Assembly: GCA_951406725.2 (NCBI GenBank)
Contig: OX597835.1
Location: 44,578,001 to 44,642,000 of the forward strand
Direction of reading: 5' to 3'
DNA from: Octopus vulgaris
Taxonomy: Eukaryota
DNA: 64,000 bases
The notes under the pieces: generated by a model
What the model was told of the DNA's origin: nothing
The model's database searches: none
What the model saw: only the letters and a program-made list of their open reading frames with translations
Made by a program: the position numbers and the translations under genes
Shown here: piece by piece, positions 26,003 through 38,630 of the stretch
Position numbering within the stretch: the stretch's first letter is position 1
How the letters are laid out: the number at the start of each line of letters is the position of its first letter

Positions 26003-26006
<4 letters not shown>

Positions 26007-26450
26007 TTTTAATCTTCTATTAATTGTTTCAGTCATTTGACTGCGGTCATACCGGAGCACCTCCTTTAGTGGACCTAATCGACCCCAGGACTTATTCTTT
26101 GTAAGCCTAGTACTTATTCTATCGGTCTGTTTTGCCGAACCGCTAAGTTACGGGGACGTAAATACACCAGCATCTGTTGTCAAGTGATGGTGGCGGGAAA
26201 AACAGAAACATACAGACACAAACATACATACACACACACACACATACACGCGCACACACACACACACATATATATATATATGCACGACGGGCTTCTTTCA
26301 GTTTCCGTCTACCAAATACACTCACAATCCTTTGGTCAGTCCGATGCTATAGCAGAAAACACTAACCCAAGTGTACACGTTTGGGAAATGAAGCCGGTAT
26401 CAAGCGTTTGGGAAGGAAACTTCCTACCACACAGCCACTCCCAGGCCCCT
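26003..26450 (-). mobile_element. SINE-A
   Basis: Reverse complement of the full SINE-A. Confidence 0.85.
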
Positions 26451-26464
26451 ATGTATCTACTTGC

Positions 26465-26528
<64 letters not shown>

Positions 26529-26573
26529 ATATTACTGTCGTTCTGTCTGTCTGTTTGTCTCTCTCTCTCTATA

Positions 26574-26977
26574 GGCGCAGGAGTGGCTGTGTGGTAAGTA
26601 GCTTGTTTACCAACCACATGGTTCCGGGTTCAGTCCCACTGCATGGCACCTTGGGCAAGTGTCTTCTACTATAGCCTCGGGCCGCCTTAAGCCTTGTGGG
26701 TGGATTTGGTAGACGGACACTGAAAGAAGCCTGTCGTATATATGTATATATATATGCGTGTGTGTGTTTGTGTGTCTGTGTTTGTCCCCCTAGCATTGCT
26801 TGACAACCGATGCTGGTGTGTTTATGTCCCCGTCACTTAGCGGTTCGGCAAAAGAGAACGATATAATAAGTACTGGGCTTACAAAAGAATAAGTCCCGGG
26901 GTTGAGTTGCTCGATTAAAGGCGGTGCTCCAGCATGGCCGCAGTCAAATGACTGAAACAAATAAAAGATTAAAAAGA
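26574..26977 (+). mobile_element. SINE-A, full-length reference copy
   Basis: ggcgcaggagTGGCTGTGTGGtaag A box; GGTTCAGTCCC B box; CORE-like accttgggcaagtgtctt; internal (TA)/(TG); tail gactgaaacaaataaaaga. Confidence 0.9.
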
Positions 26978-27481
26978 TTGTGTCTATCTCTGTCCCTATT
27001 ATCATGGTACACAAAACCTGTGGCAGGCCCCATACCTCCTGGCATGCTATCGACAGTGAAATATCGCGTCGGTATGCACAGTAGTAACTATCCTTACAGG
27101 AATCTCGTCTTGGAAACAGAATACGATATTCCTATAGACGAAAGTACTTAATTTCGGAGAGTTAACTGTACGCGATGCGTCTCAGAGATCTTTTGCGTTC
27201 TCAATAAATTAAGTCTGAATGTTTTTCGTTGTCACTACATTTCATTGTAAAGTATTTGTAAATGTTAGAGAAGGATATACATGGATTTAGTCGAAGGAGA
27301 ACAGCTGGTAGAGAAATTGTAAATATGATATTACACTGTGTTAATGTCTCAGGGCGCTATGAGCGTGATCATATATAATATACACGTAGCACACACTCGC
27401 ACATTCAAAAAACACATACATATTTACAAACACACACACACACACACACCACATATATGTATATAAAAGTATGTGTTTATA

Positions 27482-27528
<47 letters not shown>

Positions 27529-27830
27529 GTATATATACACACACACAAACACACACACATATATATATGTATTTTTATATGTGTGGTTATATGCATACAT
27601 ACCAAGCTATATTTATATCGGTGTGTGTGTGTGTGTGTGTGTCTCTGTGTGTATGTATATATGTTTATAAGTGTGTGTGTAGTATTCTTTGCTTGTGTTT
27701 GTTGTGAGTGTAACTACGTTTGTACGAACAGACAAAAGACGAATTGAAGAGTGAAAACAAACACAATCAGCTGTTGGTTCATCTCATTATAATTTAGAAA
27801 TCTAGCACAACACACTCTCTCTCTCTATAG

Positions 27831-27863
<33 letters not shown>

Positions 27864-28040
27864 TGTATGTATGTACGTATGCATGCATGTATGTATGTAT
27901 GTATGTATAGAGGCCCACACACACGCACAGACTCACACTCATAATTATATATTTAGGCATTATACATTGAAAAGTAGAGTAAAGAAAAAGTTTGGAAAAA
28001 AGCGTGTATTAGTTTAAATATTTAGGAGTTAAAGATAAAG

Positions 28041-28078
28041 ATTTTTAACGTTTCGGAAATGACTTATTCATCAGAAAT
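28041..28078 (-). ncRNA. Degenerate minimal PLE-type hammerhead motif
   Basis: Minus strand attt-CUGAUGA-ataagtcatttcc-GAAA-cg-UU-aaaaat; stem II poorly paired. Confidence 0.4.
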
Positions 28079-29040
28079 GAAAAGTAGAAGAAAATGAAAA
28101 TAAAAGGAGAAGCATATTTTGAAAAGAAAGCTTTTACTAAATTTCAAAATGATATTTGAATTTTGGGCGGGAACACTCAGTTTGAATTCTGTAATATATT
28201 TCAAGAAAATTAAGCATCTGCTGATTGTAGTTTTTCAGTCTTATATATGAGAGAATATTTGTGACTGGAACTGAGATCGATGATTTGTGTGCGTTGGCAG
28301 GTTGTGTGCATTCGATTTATACGTGTGGAAGTTTTGTCGTGTTGGTTTGTAACGAAGAGTATTGGATGTGTGGGCAATGTGTATGTGAACGCCTACATAT
28401 ATTTGTGTGGATGAAGCTATCGCAGAAAACTAGAGGGCAAGAAGTGCAAAGTGTGAGGTATAATGTACGTATATAGATATGTGTATACTGAGTGCAACAC
28501 ACATATTTTCCTATTATTCATTTTATCATAAAATATAAAGTTTTAGAATGGTTGTATACTGCCATGTACTGTCATGTTTTTGGTTAATCAAAGCTTATTG
28601 TTATATTTAATAACGATATTTTACATATATTTACAATTCAAAATGGCCATCATTTACGTTCAGCATGTCTCTTAATAATTTTTGAAGTGAAGTTTGAATA
28701 ATGGATAAATTAATGATGGGTATATGTGTATTCCGTATCCAGCGAATGAAATCAAATAGGCTTTCGAAAGTATGCTTTGCGGTCATGTAGCTGTGATTCA
28801 CAGAAGTTGGATTTTTGTTAATCTTTGAAAATGACCGATTTAGTTCCGAAATGTCGATTCTGTTGTTTTCTTTTAAATAAATAGTGGAGATTTATTTTTC
28901 TTTAACGGATCGGAATTGATTTTGTTTGGCTTTATGAAGCCAATATGAATACAAAAGCGAAAGCGATGTGACAATGATGATGGTAAAGCTAAACAGGAAT
29001 ATCATGATGAAGATGTTTAAGATAGTTATGAATAAATGAA

Positions 29041-29042
29041 TA

Positions 29043-29117
<75 letters not shown>

Positions 29118-29120
29118 AAT

Positions 29121-29190
<70 letters not shown>
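29041..29190. repeat. (AAT)n tract
   Basis: Direct observation. Confidence 0.95.
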
Positions 29191-29193
<3 letters not shown>

Positions 29194-29736
29194 GCCCTGA
29201 TGAAGTACTAGGCAGAGGCTCTCATGGCTTCTGATCTTAACTGATTGGAAGTGTTATCATGTACATTGTTTTGTCTCGGTATAAAAAGATGGGCTACAGC
29301 AAATATTCTGCTCAATACCACAGATTTGCTTGTCAGTTGTTTGACCTTAACCAGTTGAGCATGTCCCTTAGTGGCTGACGATATATGTTTCTCTGATCAC
29401 AAGCAGAAGTAGTGGGGGAGCATCATAGCCATGTGTTGAAAGGAATTTTTTGGGGTTTGGATAATTCGCTTTTCGAAATATGGGTGTTCTGTTCAACATC
29501 CTTAGACAACCTTTATTCAGTGGGATGGGCTACTCAACCGGAAGAAAATTCTAACTGGGTCCCACCTTTAAGGTCATGTGGTGTTTATCTTGAATTGAGA
29601 TCACCATGTCGCGCACATATCGTTGTTATGAATGTGCCTAGTGTACCCCTACCAGACGGGTAATCATGATGGGTATACTGGGCTCCGTATATTTTACCCT
29701 AGTGTCACTCTAATGGCGTGCACTGCTCTCTCACTC
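29191..29736 (+). mobile_element. Non-LTR retroelement 3' end inserted in (AAT)n (probably R4/Dong-clade 3' UTR)
   Basis: Longer copy of 516-878; (AAT)n on both sides. Confidence 0.65.
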
Positions 29737-29812
<76 letters not shown>

Positions 29813-29826
29813 TAATAATAATAATA

Positions 29827-29860
<34 letters not shown>

Positions 29861-29876
29861 CATAATAATAATAATC

Positions 29877-29934
<58 letters not shown>

Positions 29935-29980
29935 AAATAATATAATAATAATAATAATAATAATATTAATAATAAAAATA

Positions 29981-30069
<89 letters not shown>
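29737..30069. repeat. (AAT)n tract
   Basis: Direct observation. Confidence 0.95.
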
Positions 30070-30460
30070 TTGTCGACAAGAATATAAGTCATCTATTTTA
30101 TACGGATGATTTAAAACTCCATGCAAAGACGATATTGAGTTTGATGGATTACTACGTTCTGTAAAAGCATTCAGTGATGACATTGGGGTGCAATTTGGTC
30201 TTCATAAATGAGTCAAGGCCACTTTTCAGAAAGGGAAACTGAAAACCTCCCTTTCTATGGTGTTGGATGTTGACATAAACATAAAATGACACGAGCCGAA
30301 ATAAACTTAGAAATACCGCGGAATAAATTAGGGGTCTGGCATTCAGCATGTAAGTATGAAAAAGAAGATCGCGAGGGAGTGTTACAAGAGAGATCGAGCA
30401 GTCTTAAAATCTGAGTTCAATGCACGTGACAAGGCGTTAGTTCAAAATTCCTTAGCAGTT
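30070..30460 (+). pseudogene. R4/Dong-type LINE reverse transcriptase fragment
   Basis: ISHLFYTDDLKLHAK (YxDD), GLLRSVKAFSDDIGVQFGLHK*VKATFQKGK, IQHVSMKKKIARECYKRDRAVLKSEFNARDK; stops and frameshifts present. Confidence 0.85.
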
Positions 30461-30897
30461 AATATTCGTCTTGCAATCTATAATCATAGAAAACTGCATT
30501 TTGTCAATTGTACGTCTCTTGAGAGAAATGATGAAGATCTAAATTATTATGTCGTTAAAAGAAAGGGTGTCAAATGATTAAGAGAAACTATAAGGGTGCG
30601 CAGGTTAGCAGAAGACATAATAATTTCTTGAAGGAGCGGAAGGATGTTTTTTTTTTTTTTGTGTGTCTTCAAATACAATGTCAGTCCTATCGGAGGTAAT
30701 TTAGTCAGCAAACTGAGTTCTCATTAATAAGCTTCACTAACGATTGTGAAGTAGCAATGTCGGCAATATTACTTTTCTAAATAAATAAAAAAACAAATTT
30801 AATTAAATTTTAACAAACGTTGAATGACGTCATTTTAGGACGTTAACTATACTTACCTAATTAGTTGCTTAACCAACATGTACTCATTTTCTATTTA

Positions 30898-31462
30898 TCT
30901 TCTTCTTCTTCTTCTTCTTCTTCTTCTCCTTCTTCTTCTTCTCCTTCTTCTTCTTCTTCTTCTTCTTCTTCTTCTTCTCCTCCTTCTTCTTCTTCTTCTT
31001 CTTCTTCTTCTTCTCCTTCTTCTTCTTCTTCTTCTTCTTCTTCTTCTCCTTCTTCTTCTTCTCCTTCTTCTCCTTCTTCTTCTTCTTCTTCTTCTCCTTC
31101 TTCTTCTTCTTCTTCTTCTTCTTCTTCTCCTTCTTCTTCTTCTTCTTCTCCTTCTTCTTCTTCTTCTTCTTCTTCTACTTCTCCTTCTCCTTCTTCTTCT
31201 TCTTCTTCTTCTTCTCCTCCTTCTTCTTCTTCTTCTTCTTCTTCTCCTTCTTCTTCTTCTTCTTCTTCTCTTTCTTCTTCTTCTTCTTCTTCTTCTTCTT
31301 CTTCTTCTTCTTCTTCTCTTATTCTTCTTATTCTTCTTCTTCTGCTTCTTCTTTCTTCTTCTTCTCCTTCTTCTCCCCCCTCCTCCTCCTTCTTCTTCTC
31401 CTCCTCCTCCTTCTTCTCCTCCTCCTTCTCCTTCTTCTTCCTTCTTTTTCCTTCTTCTTCTC
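30898..31462. repeat. (TCT)n/(TCC)n polypyrimidine tract of about 560 bp
   Basis: Direct observation. Confidence 0.95.
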
Positions 31463-31954
31463 CAAGCTCATTATTGAAATTGCATTATTTTATGTATACA
31501 CATAATCTCGTATTAAAAACGTATGGCAGATCACTAATTCTGTTTTCATTTTCCATGACTGTTCATTAACATATACCAGTTCATTAATATTTACATAGTT
31601 CTAATAATTACACTAGCACGAGAACGTGTTTAAGAGGGATAATGACACTTCAAACTCGCCTCCTGATAATTAAAACTTCAACGACTCACGAAAATCCCAC
31701 GTTTCTTAAATGTCATTATTTCTGTTATGATGTATAACTACATTTATCTTCCAAACGTTGTTTCATTATTTTAAAGTCTTTTATGTTTACGATGTCCTTC
31801 CATATTCAAAGCATCCGGCGGTTTTGATTATAGCTCCTAGTTTATTCCATAGTTAATACAGATAAATAAAATGTTCAAATTATATTTAAAATTTCAACTA
31901 TTACTCCGATTTTATTTCATATTAAAGGCGGCGTAAGGCATTATTTATTAATTA

Positions 31955-32315
31955 TTTATGCTGGGGCATCACTTTGAAGAATATTTTGTCAAATGAATCG
32001 ACCCCTTGTAATATTTATTTTGGCACTTATTCGATCTGCTTCTTTCTCCGAACCGCTAAGTTAAGGGGGCATAAACAAACTAACACCGGTTGTCAAGCAG
32101 TGGTGGGAGACAAATACAGACACAAAGTCACACAAACACACACACGCACACACATATACGACGGATTTGTTTCAGTTTCTGTCTACGAAATCCACTGAAA
32201 AACCTTTGGTTGACCCGAGGGTATAGTAGGAGACACCTACCAAAAGTGCCACGCAGTTGAATTGAACCATGAACCATGTCGTTGGGAAGCAAGTTTCTTA
32301 CCGCACAGCCACGGC
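31955..32315 (-). mobile_element. SINE-A, degenerate
   Basis: ccgaaccgctaagtt...ccacgcagttgaattgaaccat...cttaccgcacagccac. Confidence 0.75.
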
Positions 32316-33363
32316 TACTAAAATACTTTTCACCCACGGGATTCATTTTCCTTTGTCCTTTCGTCGTGGAAACTTTTAAAGTTAATCTTAATTTTATAAA
32401 ACACGAGAAAGTTCCACTATTTAAATACTGGCTGGCTCCACGTCATCATTCGATCTGCCATCAGTAGCAGCCATCTTCTTCTTGAAATCAATTTCTAGTG
32501 CAGTAAAAAACCGAATCACACAAACGCTGTTAGGTAATGCGAGAGAGCCTCAAAGTGGCTGCAAAAGCGCTGATTAATACCATTCCTCAGTCACAACCGA
32601 CCACCTCATCGTCTATGATAAGTTGATCCCATATGGCCCAACTACAATTACAGAACCAAATATATTGAACAGTATGTTTCTACTCTCTTATGGAATAACA
32701 CATGATTTCTAAGTGAAGCTACTGAAAATCTGGACACCTGGCATTTTAAAGAGACAGTTTTACTTTTCCCCGTGGAATATTACAAGACATGTAAACTAAT
32801 TAAGCTTGCCAAAAACGATAATTAAGTTAGTATTTTATTCTTTGTATTTTTACATTTATTTTTAGGCGTTTCGTTTTTCAATTCCTCTTTCCGTCAGAGA
32901 GAGAAAGAACAACAAAAAAAGAATTTAACAGCCGACTCTCAAAAATTCGACAGTCATATGAATACACTTGTGAGCGGTTACGTCAGACAGTCTTGAACAG
33001 AGTACAAATCACGAAAACAGATATATATACACATGCGTATAAGTGTAGTCTTAGCTATGTGACTAAGAAAACCATTTGTAAACCATGTGACGTCTCGTTC
33101 GGAGACGTCGCCTGGCATCATACGTTGTTAAGAGTTTTTTACGAGAGCGTCGTGCTGATCACAACACTGAAAGACAAAAAATTGTGCGGAAGGCATATCA
33201 ATGCGCGCGCACAGACACACGCTCGCATGCACACACACACACATACCCGTACAGAAACGCCACCTGCTTGCACACACAGACCTACGTACTCACACATGCA
33301 CACACAAATGTGTATGTATGTACATCTCTCTCTCTATATATATACATACATTTACACAACACT

Positions 33364-33395
<32 letters not shown>

Positions 33396-33517
33396 CATCT
33401 ACATATAAATGAATATATTCATATATATAAACGAACATATATTCTTCTCCTTCCTCTTCTTTTCTTCTTCTTCTTCTTCTTCTTCTTCTTCTTCTTCTTC
33501 TTCTTCTTCTTCTTCTT

Positions 33518-33593
<76 letters not shown>

Positions 33594-33608
33594 GTATTAT
33601 TATTATAG

Positions 33609-34291
33609 ATGTTGCACAGTATACAATATCCTGAGACTGTTGTTCGAAGATATTGTGTCTACCGCGGCTTTGTACTCTCTCTGAAGTCACAACAAGGACC
33701 TCAGACTGACAGTACTTTACGCAATATGCGTGCAGTTCCAAGTAATGCCGACACTTGCAATATATCTAGATTGTAAGGTATTTCTAAGATCTTCAGATAT
33801 TTTTTTCAGATTCGCTAGTATTGAACCCAATGCCCCGATAACATTAGGGAAAACCTTTATATTTGACTCTCATAGCTGCCACATCTTAGCGATCTCAATT
33901 CTCAGGTCTCCATATTTACCAACTTTTTCTCTTTCCTTCATGACGATGTGTTGATCTCCTGGCACTGCTACGTCGATTATTAGGCAATCTTGTTTTAGGC
34001 ACTAAAGGTTACTATATCAAAATCTCAGAGGATTTTTCCTTCTGCGTTTCGTCCATTACCTATTCCGATGTATCTTGGTACCAAGCAGCCGTAACCTCAT
34101 AGCCATACTTACGGCATAATAACCAGTGGAGGTTTTGGTCTACCTTTTTGTGTCTAAGTTTGTACTCTTTCTGCGCAAAACTTTCACAAGCACTAACAAT
34201 GTGAGTCACGCTTTCGACCCTCTTCCTGCACATTCTGCTGAGATCCGTTGAACTTCTGAGGTATATATTCTTTTTCACTGAGTTGGTTTCC
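33609..34291 (-). pseudogene. R4/Dong-type LINE C-terminus: CCHC knuckle, restriction-like endonuclease, short 3' UTR and (TAA)n tail
   Basis: RMCRKRVESVTHIVSACESFAQKEYKLRHKKV...HWLLC; CLIIDVAVPGD...KEREKVGKYGDL; VIGALGSI; (TTA)n on both sides. Confidence 0.85.
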
Positions 34292-34292
34292 A

Positions 34293-34363
<71 letters not shown>

Positions 34364-34512
34364 TATTAATATTATTATTATAAATATTATTATTATTATT
34401 ATTATTATCATCATTATCATCATCATCATCATCATCATCATTATTATTATTATTATTATTATCATTATTATTATTATCATTATCATCATTATTATTATTA
34501 TCATTATCATCA

Positions 34513-34583
<71 letters not shown>
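34292..34583. repeat. (TTA)/(TCA)n tract
   Basis: Direct observation. Confidence 0.95.
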
Positions 34584-34584
<1 letters not shown>

Positions 34585-34585
<1 letters not shown>

Positions 34586-34765
34586 GGAGGCTAGCTGGCA
34601 GAATCGTTAGCACGCCGGGCGAAATGCTTAGCAGTATTGTACATGCTGCTAACGTTCTGAGTTCAAATTCTTCCAAGGTCGACTTTCCCTTCCATCCTTT
34701 TGGGTGAATTATGTACAAGTAAAACACTGGGGCGGATGCAATCAGCTTGTCCTCTCCCAGAAAAT
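34585..34765 (+). mobile_element. tRNA-headed SINE family B
   Basis: agctggcagaatcgttagc A box, gagttcaaattc B box, gtcgactttcccttccatcctttt body; copies at 47640-47838 (minus) and 59440-59645. Confidence 0.7.
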
Positions 34766-35849
34766 GGTGGATTTTTAAGGGAATATGGAGGAGTTCCTTT
34801 GAGATCGGGCAATGGAAGTTTGGGGTCAGTTTTCTAATATGTCTATAAATTTGAGTCTATATTAGTGAGTGTGGGGACACGAGTTTGTTGAATTCGTAAA
34901 CAGTGCACATTTGAGAATTTTGAATGCTTGATTAAAGATGACAAATATAAAGAAAAAGTGTAGGAGGTGTTTTCTGGGAAGGTTGCGGAAGCCATAAGGC
35001 CGACAGGATTTCTTTGCTCACCTGTTCAAAGGATGCTTACCTATCGAATTCACCAAATTGTTTGCGAAGGTTTTGAATGTGTGTATGCGTGAGCGAGCGG
35101 GAAAGATAGAGAGAGAAAGAAGCAGAGGGAGAGAGAGAAAGATGGAGAGAGGACATGTGTGTATCGGTGTTGTGTTTCGATTGCTTAACAGTTAATTTTT
35201 CCAGTAATGTTAGTAATAAAAACATCATTATTAATAATGTCAAGTGATTAATTGTTTTGGTTCATCTGGGAAGGTAATGTTTTTAATAAAAGAATTCTCA
35301 GATGTTTTTTTTCTTTTTCTATCATAGCATTTACACGTTTAAATTTGGGGCTTCTTTTATGTCCCGTTGAACGAAACCAACTAATCACGGGATATCATTA
35401 ATGATAATGTTCTTAATACAGTTAATAAATTACTTGGGTAATTAACCACTAAACAGTCAGTGTACGACACACACATACGAACGCGCATTCACACACACTC
35501 ACACACACACACACATACGCGATCACATTCACACACAGATAGTATCACACACGCAAGCTCATACACACGATCGCATAATACACTTCAGTACACATTCTCA
35601 CACACGCAATTATGAACACATATACACTCACACACGCATACGAACACATATACATACTCACAAACACACCTACAAACATATAAATACACATACACATTTA
35701 GCAGTTTTCCCAAGCAGTTTAGTGCATTTTGCAGCTAAGCAACCACTGAACAAATAACCAAATAAGAAAAAAAAACTAACAAAGAGAAAGAAAAAAATAA
35801 CTCACCAGCCATTTAATGATTTATCGCAATTGATAAAAAGTTTAAAATG

Positions 35850-36175
35850 TTTTGACCTGTCATCAAAATTAACCATCACAGAAAACACTTTATTTTTATA
35901 TATATTTTGTCTTTCTCTAACCAGGCCTCCAAAAATCTCATATGCTTTGTACAGAAATTTACCACACAGACATACTCACGTACATGCACATGTAAATACA
36001 AAATGACAAAGAACATCTCTAATAGCCGCTACGAAACACTATTTTCTAAAGCCCAAGAAAACAAATCGTATTCTTTACTTTTTCAAACCACTTATATTGA
36101 AAGGACAAAAAAAGAAACCTATCATTCATGACGAATCTTCGAAGGGGAAGAAAGTGTTCAATAACAAAGCATCAA
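35850..36175 (+). pseudogene. Possible heavily decayed PLE endonuclease C-terminus
   Basis: SKNLICFVQKFT...NSRYETLFSKAQ loosely resembles the PLE C-terminal pattern CxLCLxEK...LNxRxExxSKCRH. Confidence 0.3.
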
Positions 36176-36224
36176 ATCGGATTCTGACTTCTTCCACTTA
36201 ATAATGCATAAATTCAGTACAACA

Positions 36225-36378
36225 CATAGCTGTGCCGTAAGACGTTTGGTTCCCAACCACATGATTCTGGGCTCAGTCCCACTGCGTGGCACCTTGGTTA
36301 TGTGTCTTCTACTGTTGCTTCGGGCCTACTAAATCCTTGTGAGTGTATTTGTTTGACGGAAACTGAGAAAAACCTATC

Positions 36379-36380
<2 letters not shown>
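36225..36380 (+). mobile_element. SINE-A 5' half (3' part resumes at about 37035-37120)
   Basis: Head and core up to the internal (TA)n. Confidence 0.8.
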
Positions 36381-36428
<48 letters not shown>

Positions 36429-36433
<5 letters not shown>

Positions 36434-36573
36434 TTGTTATCGCCATAGTAATATGGCATTCTTATAGATATAAGAATAATCGCTGCTGCTGGTAAGCTCC
36501 ATGAGGCCATTATCTTGTATTATTATTCTTATATCTATAAGAATGCCATATTAATATGGCGATAACAATTAAT
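36429..36573. repeat. Inverted repeat with 52-bp arms (one mismatch) and a 41-bp spacer, in (TA)n
   Basis: 36429-36480 versus 36522-36573. Confidence 0.9.
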
Positions 36574-36645
36574 TTCCAGTAAACGCTGCCGTAATCTCTT
36601 TTATAGAGACTTAGTAATTTTAATATTTCTATTATATATATATAT

Positions 36646-37009
36646 ATTGGTAAAAACGGTAAGATAACAAAAGAAAGAAAGAGACCTCAATATTATGTAA
36701 ATAGAGGAATTTATCTGTAAAATAATGTGTGACAATTATTCGGTAGCCAAGATAAAAATCTGAGTTTCGGCTGCCGAAGTGGAAATCCACAACACCATCT
36801 CTTCGGTTAATTAGCGGTCATTCGAATTAGCGCTTTTGTATAAGTAGCGGTCTATAACACAGTAATTTCCCTTTGTATAACGGTCTTTATTGATGGCGAT
36901 TTTCTGATGGCCAGATAACCGAAGAGATGGTGTTGTGGATTTCCACCTCGGCATCCGAAACTCAGAGTTTTATCTTAGTTACCGAATAGTTGTCACATAT
37001 TATTTTACA
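36646..37009. mobile_element. PLE-type inverted duplication (94-bp arms) carrying CCGAAGA hammerhead motifs
   Basis: Arms 36716-36809 and 36916-37009; plus-strand HHR at 36913-36975: agataa-CCGAAGA-gatg...catc c-GAAA-ctcaga-GUU-ttatct. Confidence 0.65.
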
Positions 37010-37173
37010 CACACATATATATATATATATATGAATGTGTGACTGTGTTTGATACCACTTCCCGACGGGTGTTGGTGGTTTTATACCCCCGTAAATTAGC
37101 GGTTCGTCAAAAGAGACCGTGGTCCATTTTTAGTAAAGGAATGTTCACGAGGATGGTGTTGAAGGCCTCATAA

Positions 37174-37590
37174 TTATGAGAATGTGTATGGTAGGGTTTT
37201 GTGTTGTAATTCATTCTTTGATGTGGAACGTCTGAGATCGTGGAAGTTGAGCTTTAGGGCACGTTGAAAACCAATATCTATTAGTTTTGATGGGTAATTC
37301 CTACTGATGAGATTATTCTTTAGCTCATGTAGTCGTGTGTTCTTGGTGCTTGTGTCAGATACTATAGTACAAATTCTTTCTGCCAGGTTCAGAAGGATAC
37401 TCATTCTGGCGTGTCTGGCGTGGCATGAGTTGATCAGTAGATACTGCTTGGAATCTGTGGGCTTATAGAATATGTCTGTTTCTATTTTGCTGTTGGATTT
37501 CTTCATGAGAATGTCGAGGAAATGAAGTTGTTCATGGCTATATTCCATAGTAAATTGAATGTTTGTATCAAATCCATTTAGAAGTGCTTG
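37174..37590 (-). pseudogene. Penelope-like element reverse transcriptase fragment (motif 6-7/thumb)
   Basis: LNGFDTNIQFTMEYSHEQLHFLDI...TDIFYKPTDSKQYLLINSCHARH...RICTIVSD...RNYP matches the PLE RT pattern FTxE/FLD/YxKPT/SxHP. Confidence 0.85.
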
Positions 37591-38020
37591 AAACGCTTTA
37601 AGTCTCTCTATACATTCATGCAAAAGAATGAAACACATGAAAAACTAACACCTTACCAAATGAACATACTCTCCAAAGGGCTCAAATTTAGACCCACACT
37701 AACGCCAAAGCCAAAACGAAATGAAAGAAGACGTTGCAGAATTTTTGTAGAAAATTATGACTCACCGGGGAATTATACGACAAATACAACTTCTAAAATA
37801 TAAGCCCACGGATTGCAAGCAATATCTACCGTTCAACTCGTACCATCCCAGACACAACAAGAATGAATATCCCTGTCAACCTGGCCAAAAAGATTTGCAC
37901 GATTTGCACAACACACAACCACATGAGCTAAATGATCCACTAATCAACAGGAATTACCCACCATTATTTATTAATATAGGTTTTCAACGTGCCCTAGTGC
38001 TCAACAACCACGAACTCACA
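37591..38020 (+). pseudogene. Inverted, internally deleted copy of the same PLE ORF
   Basis: LTPYQMNILSKGLKFRPT (PLE N-terminal LSKGLxF motif) joined to YKPTDCKQYLPFNSYHPRH...NRNYPPLFINIGFQRAL. Confidence 0.8.
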
Positions 38021-38247
38021 CAAAGAACCTACCTGTTTGAAGACTATGGAAATATATACAAAACATTTCATTTGATCTTTTCTTCAATTTAATTGTTATT
38101 CTTCTTAATATCCGTCTTTGTTTGACTCCTATCTGAAAAGACAGAAACTGGTACTAACTGTTGCAAAATGTATTTCATGACAAAATTACTTTAGCATTTT
38201 ATATCTTGTCGTGTGTGTGTATGTATATACCAGTGTCTGTACGCATA

Positions 38248-38285
<38 letters not shown>

Positions 38286-38291
38286 CATATG

Positions 38292-38330
<39 letters not shown>

Positions 38331-38334
<4 letters not shown>

Positions 38335-38630
38335 CCCCGGGCCAACCAATGCCTTGTGAGTGGATTTGGTAGACAGAAACTGAAAGAAGCCTGTCGTATA
38401 TATGTATATATATATATGTGTGTATGTGTGTGTGTGTGTCTGTGTTTGTCCCCCTAGCATTGCTTGACAACCGATGCTGGTGTGTTTACGTCCCCGTCAC
38501 TTAGCGGTTCGGCAAAATAGACCGATAGAAAAAGCACTGGGCTTACAAAGAATAAGTCCCGGGGTCGATTTGCTCGACTAAAGGCGGTGCTCCAGCATGG
38601 CCGCAGTCAAATGACTGAAACAAGTAAAAA
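38331..38630 (+). mobile_element. SINE-A lacking its head
   Basis: Nearly identical to the body of 4566-4953. Confidence 0.9.

Noticed and set aside
30865-31569. 234-aa poly-Ser and 199-aa poly-Leu ORFs
   Set aside because: The (TCT)n repeat lacks stop codons by construction
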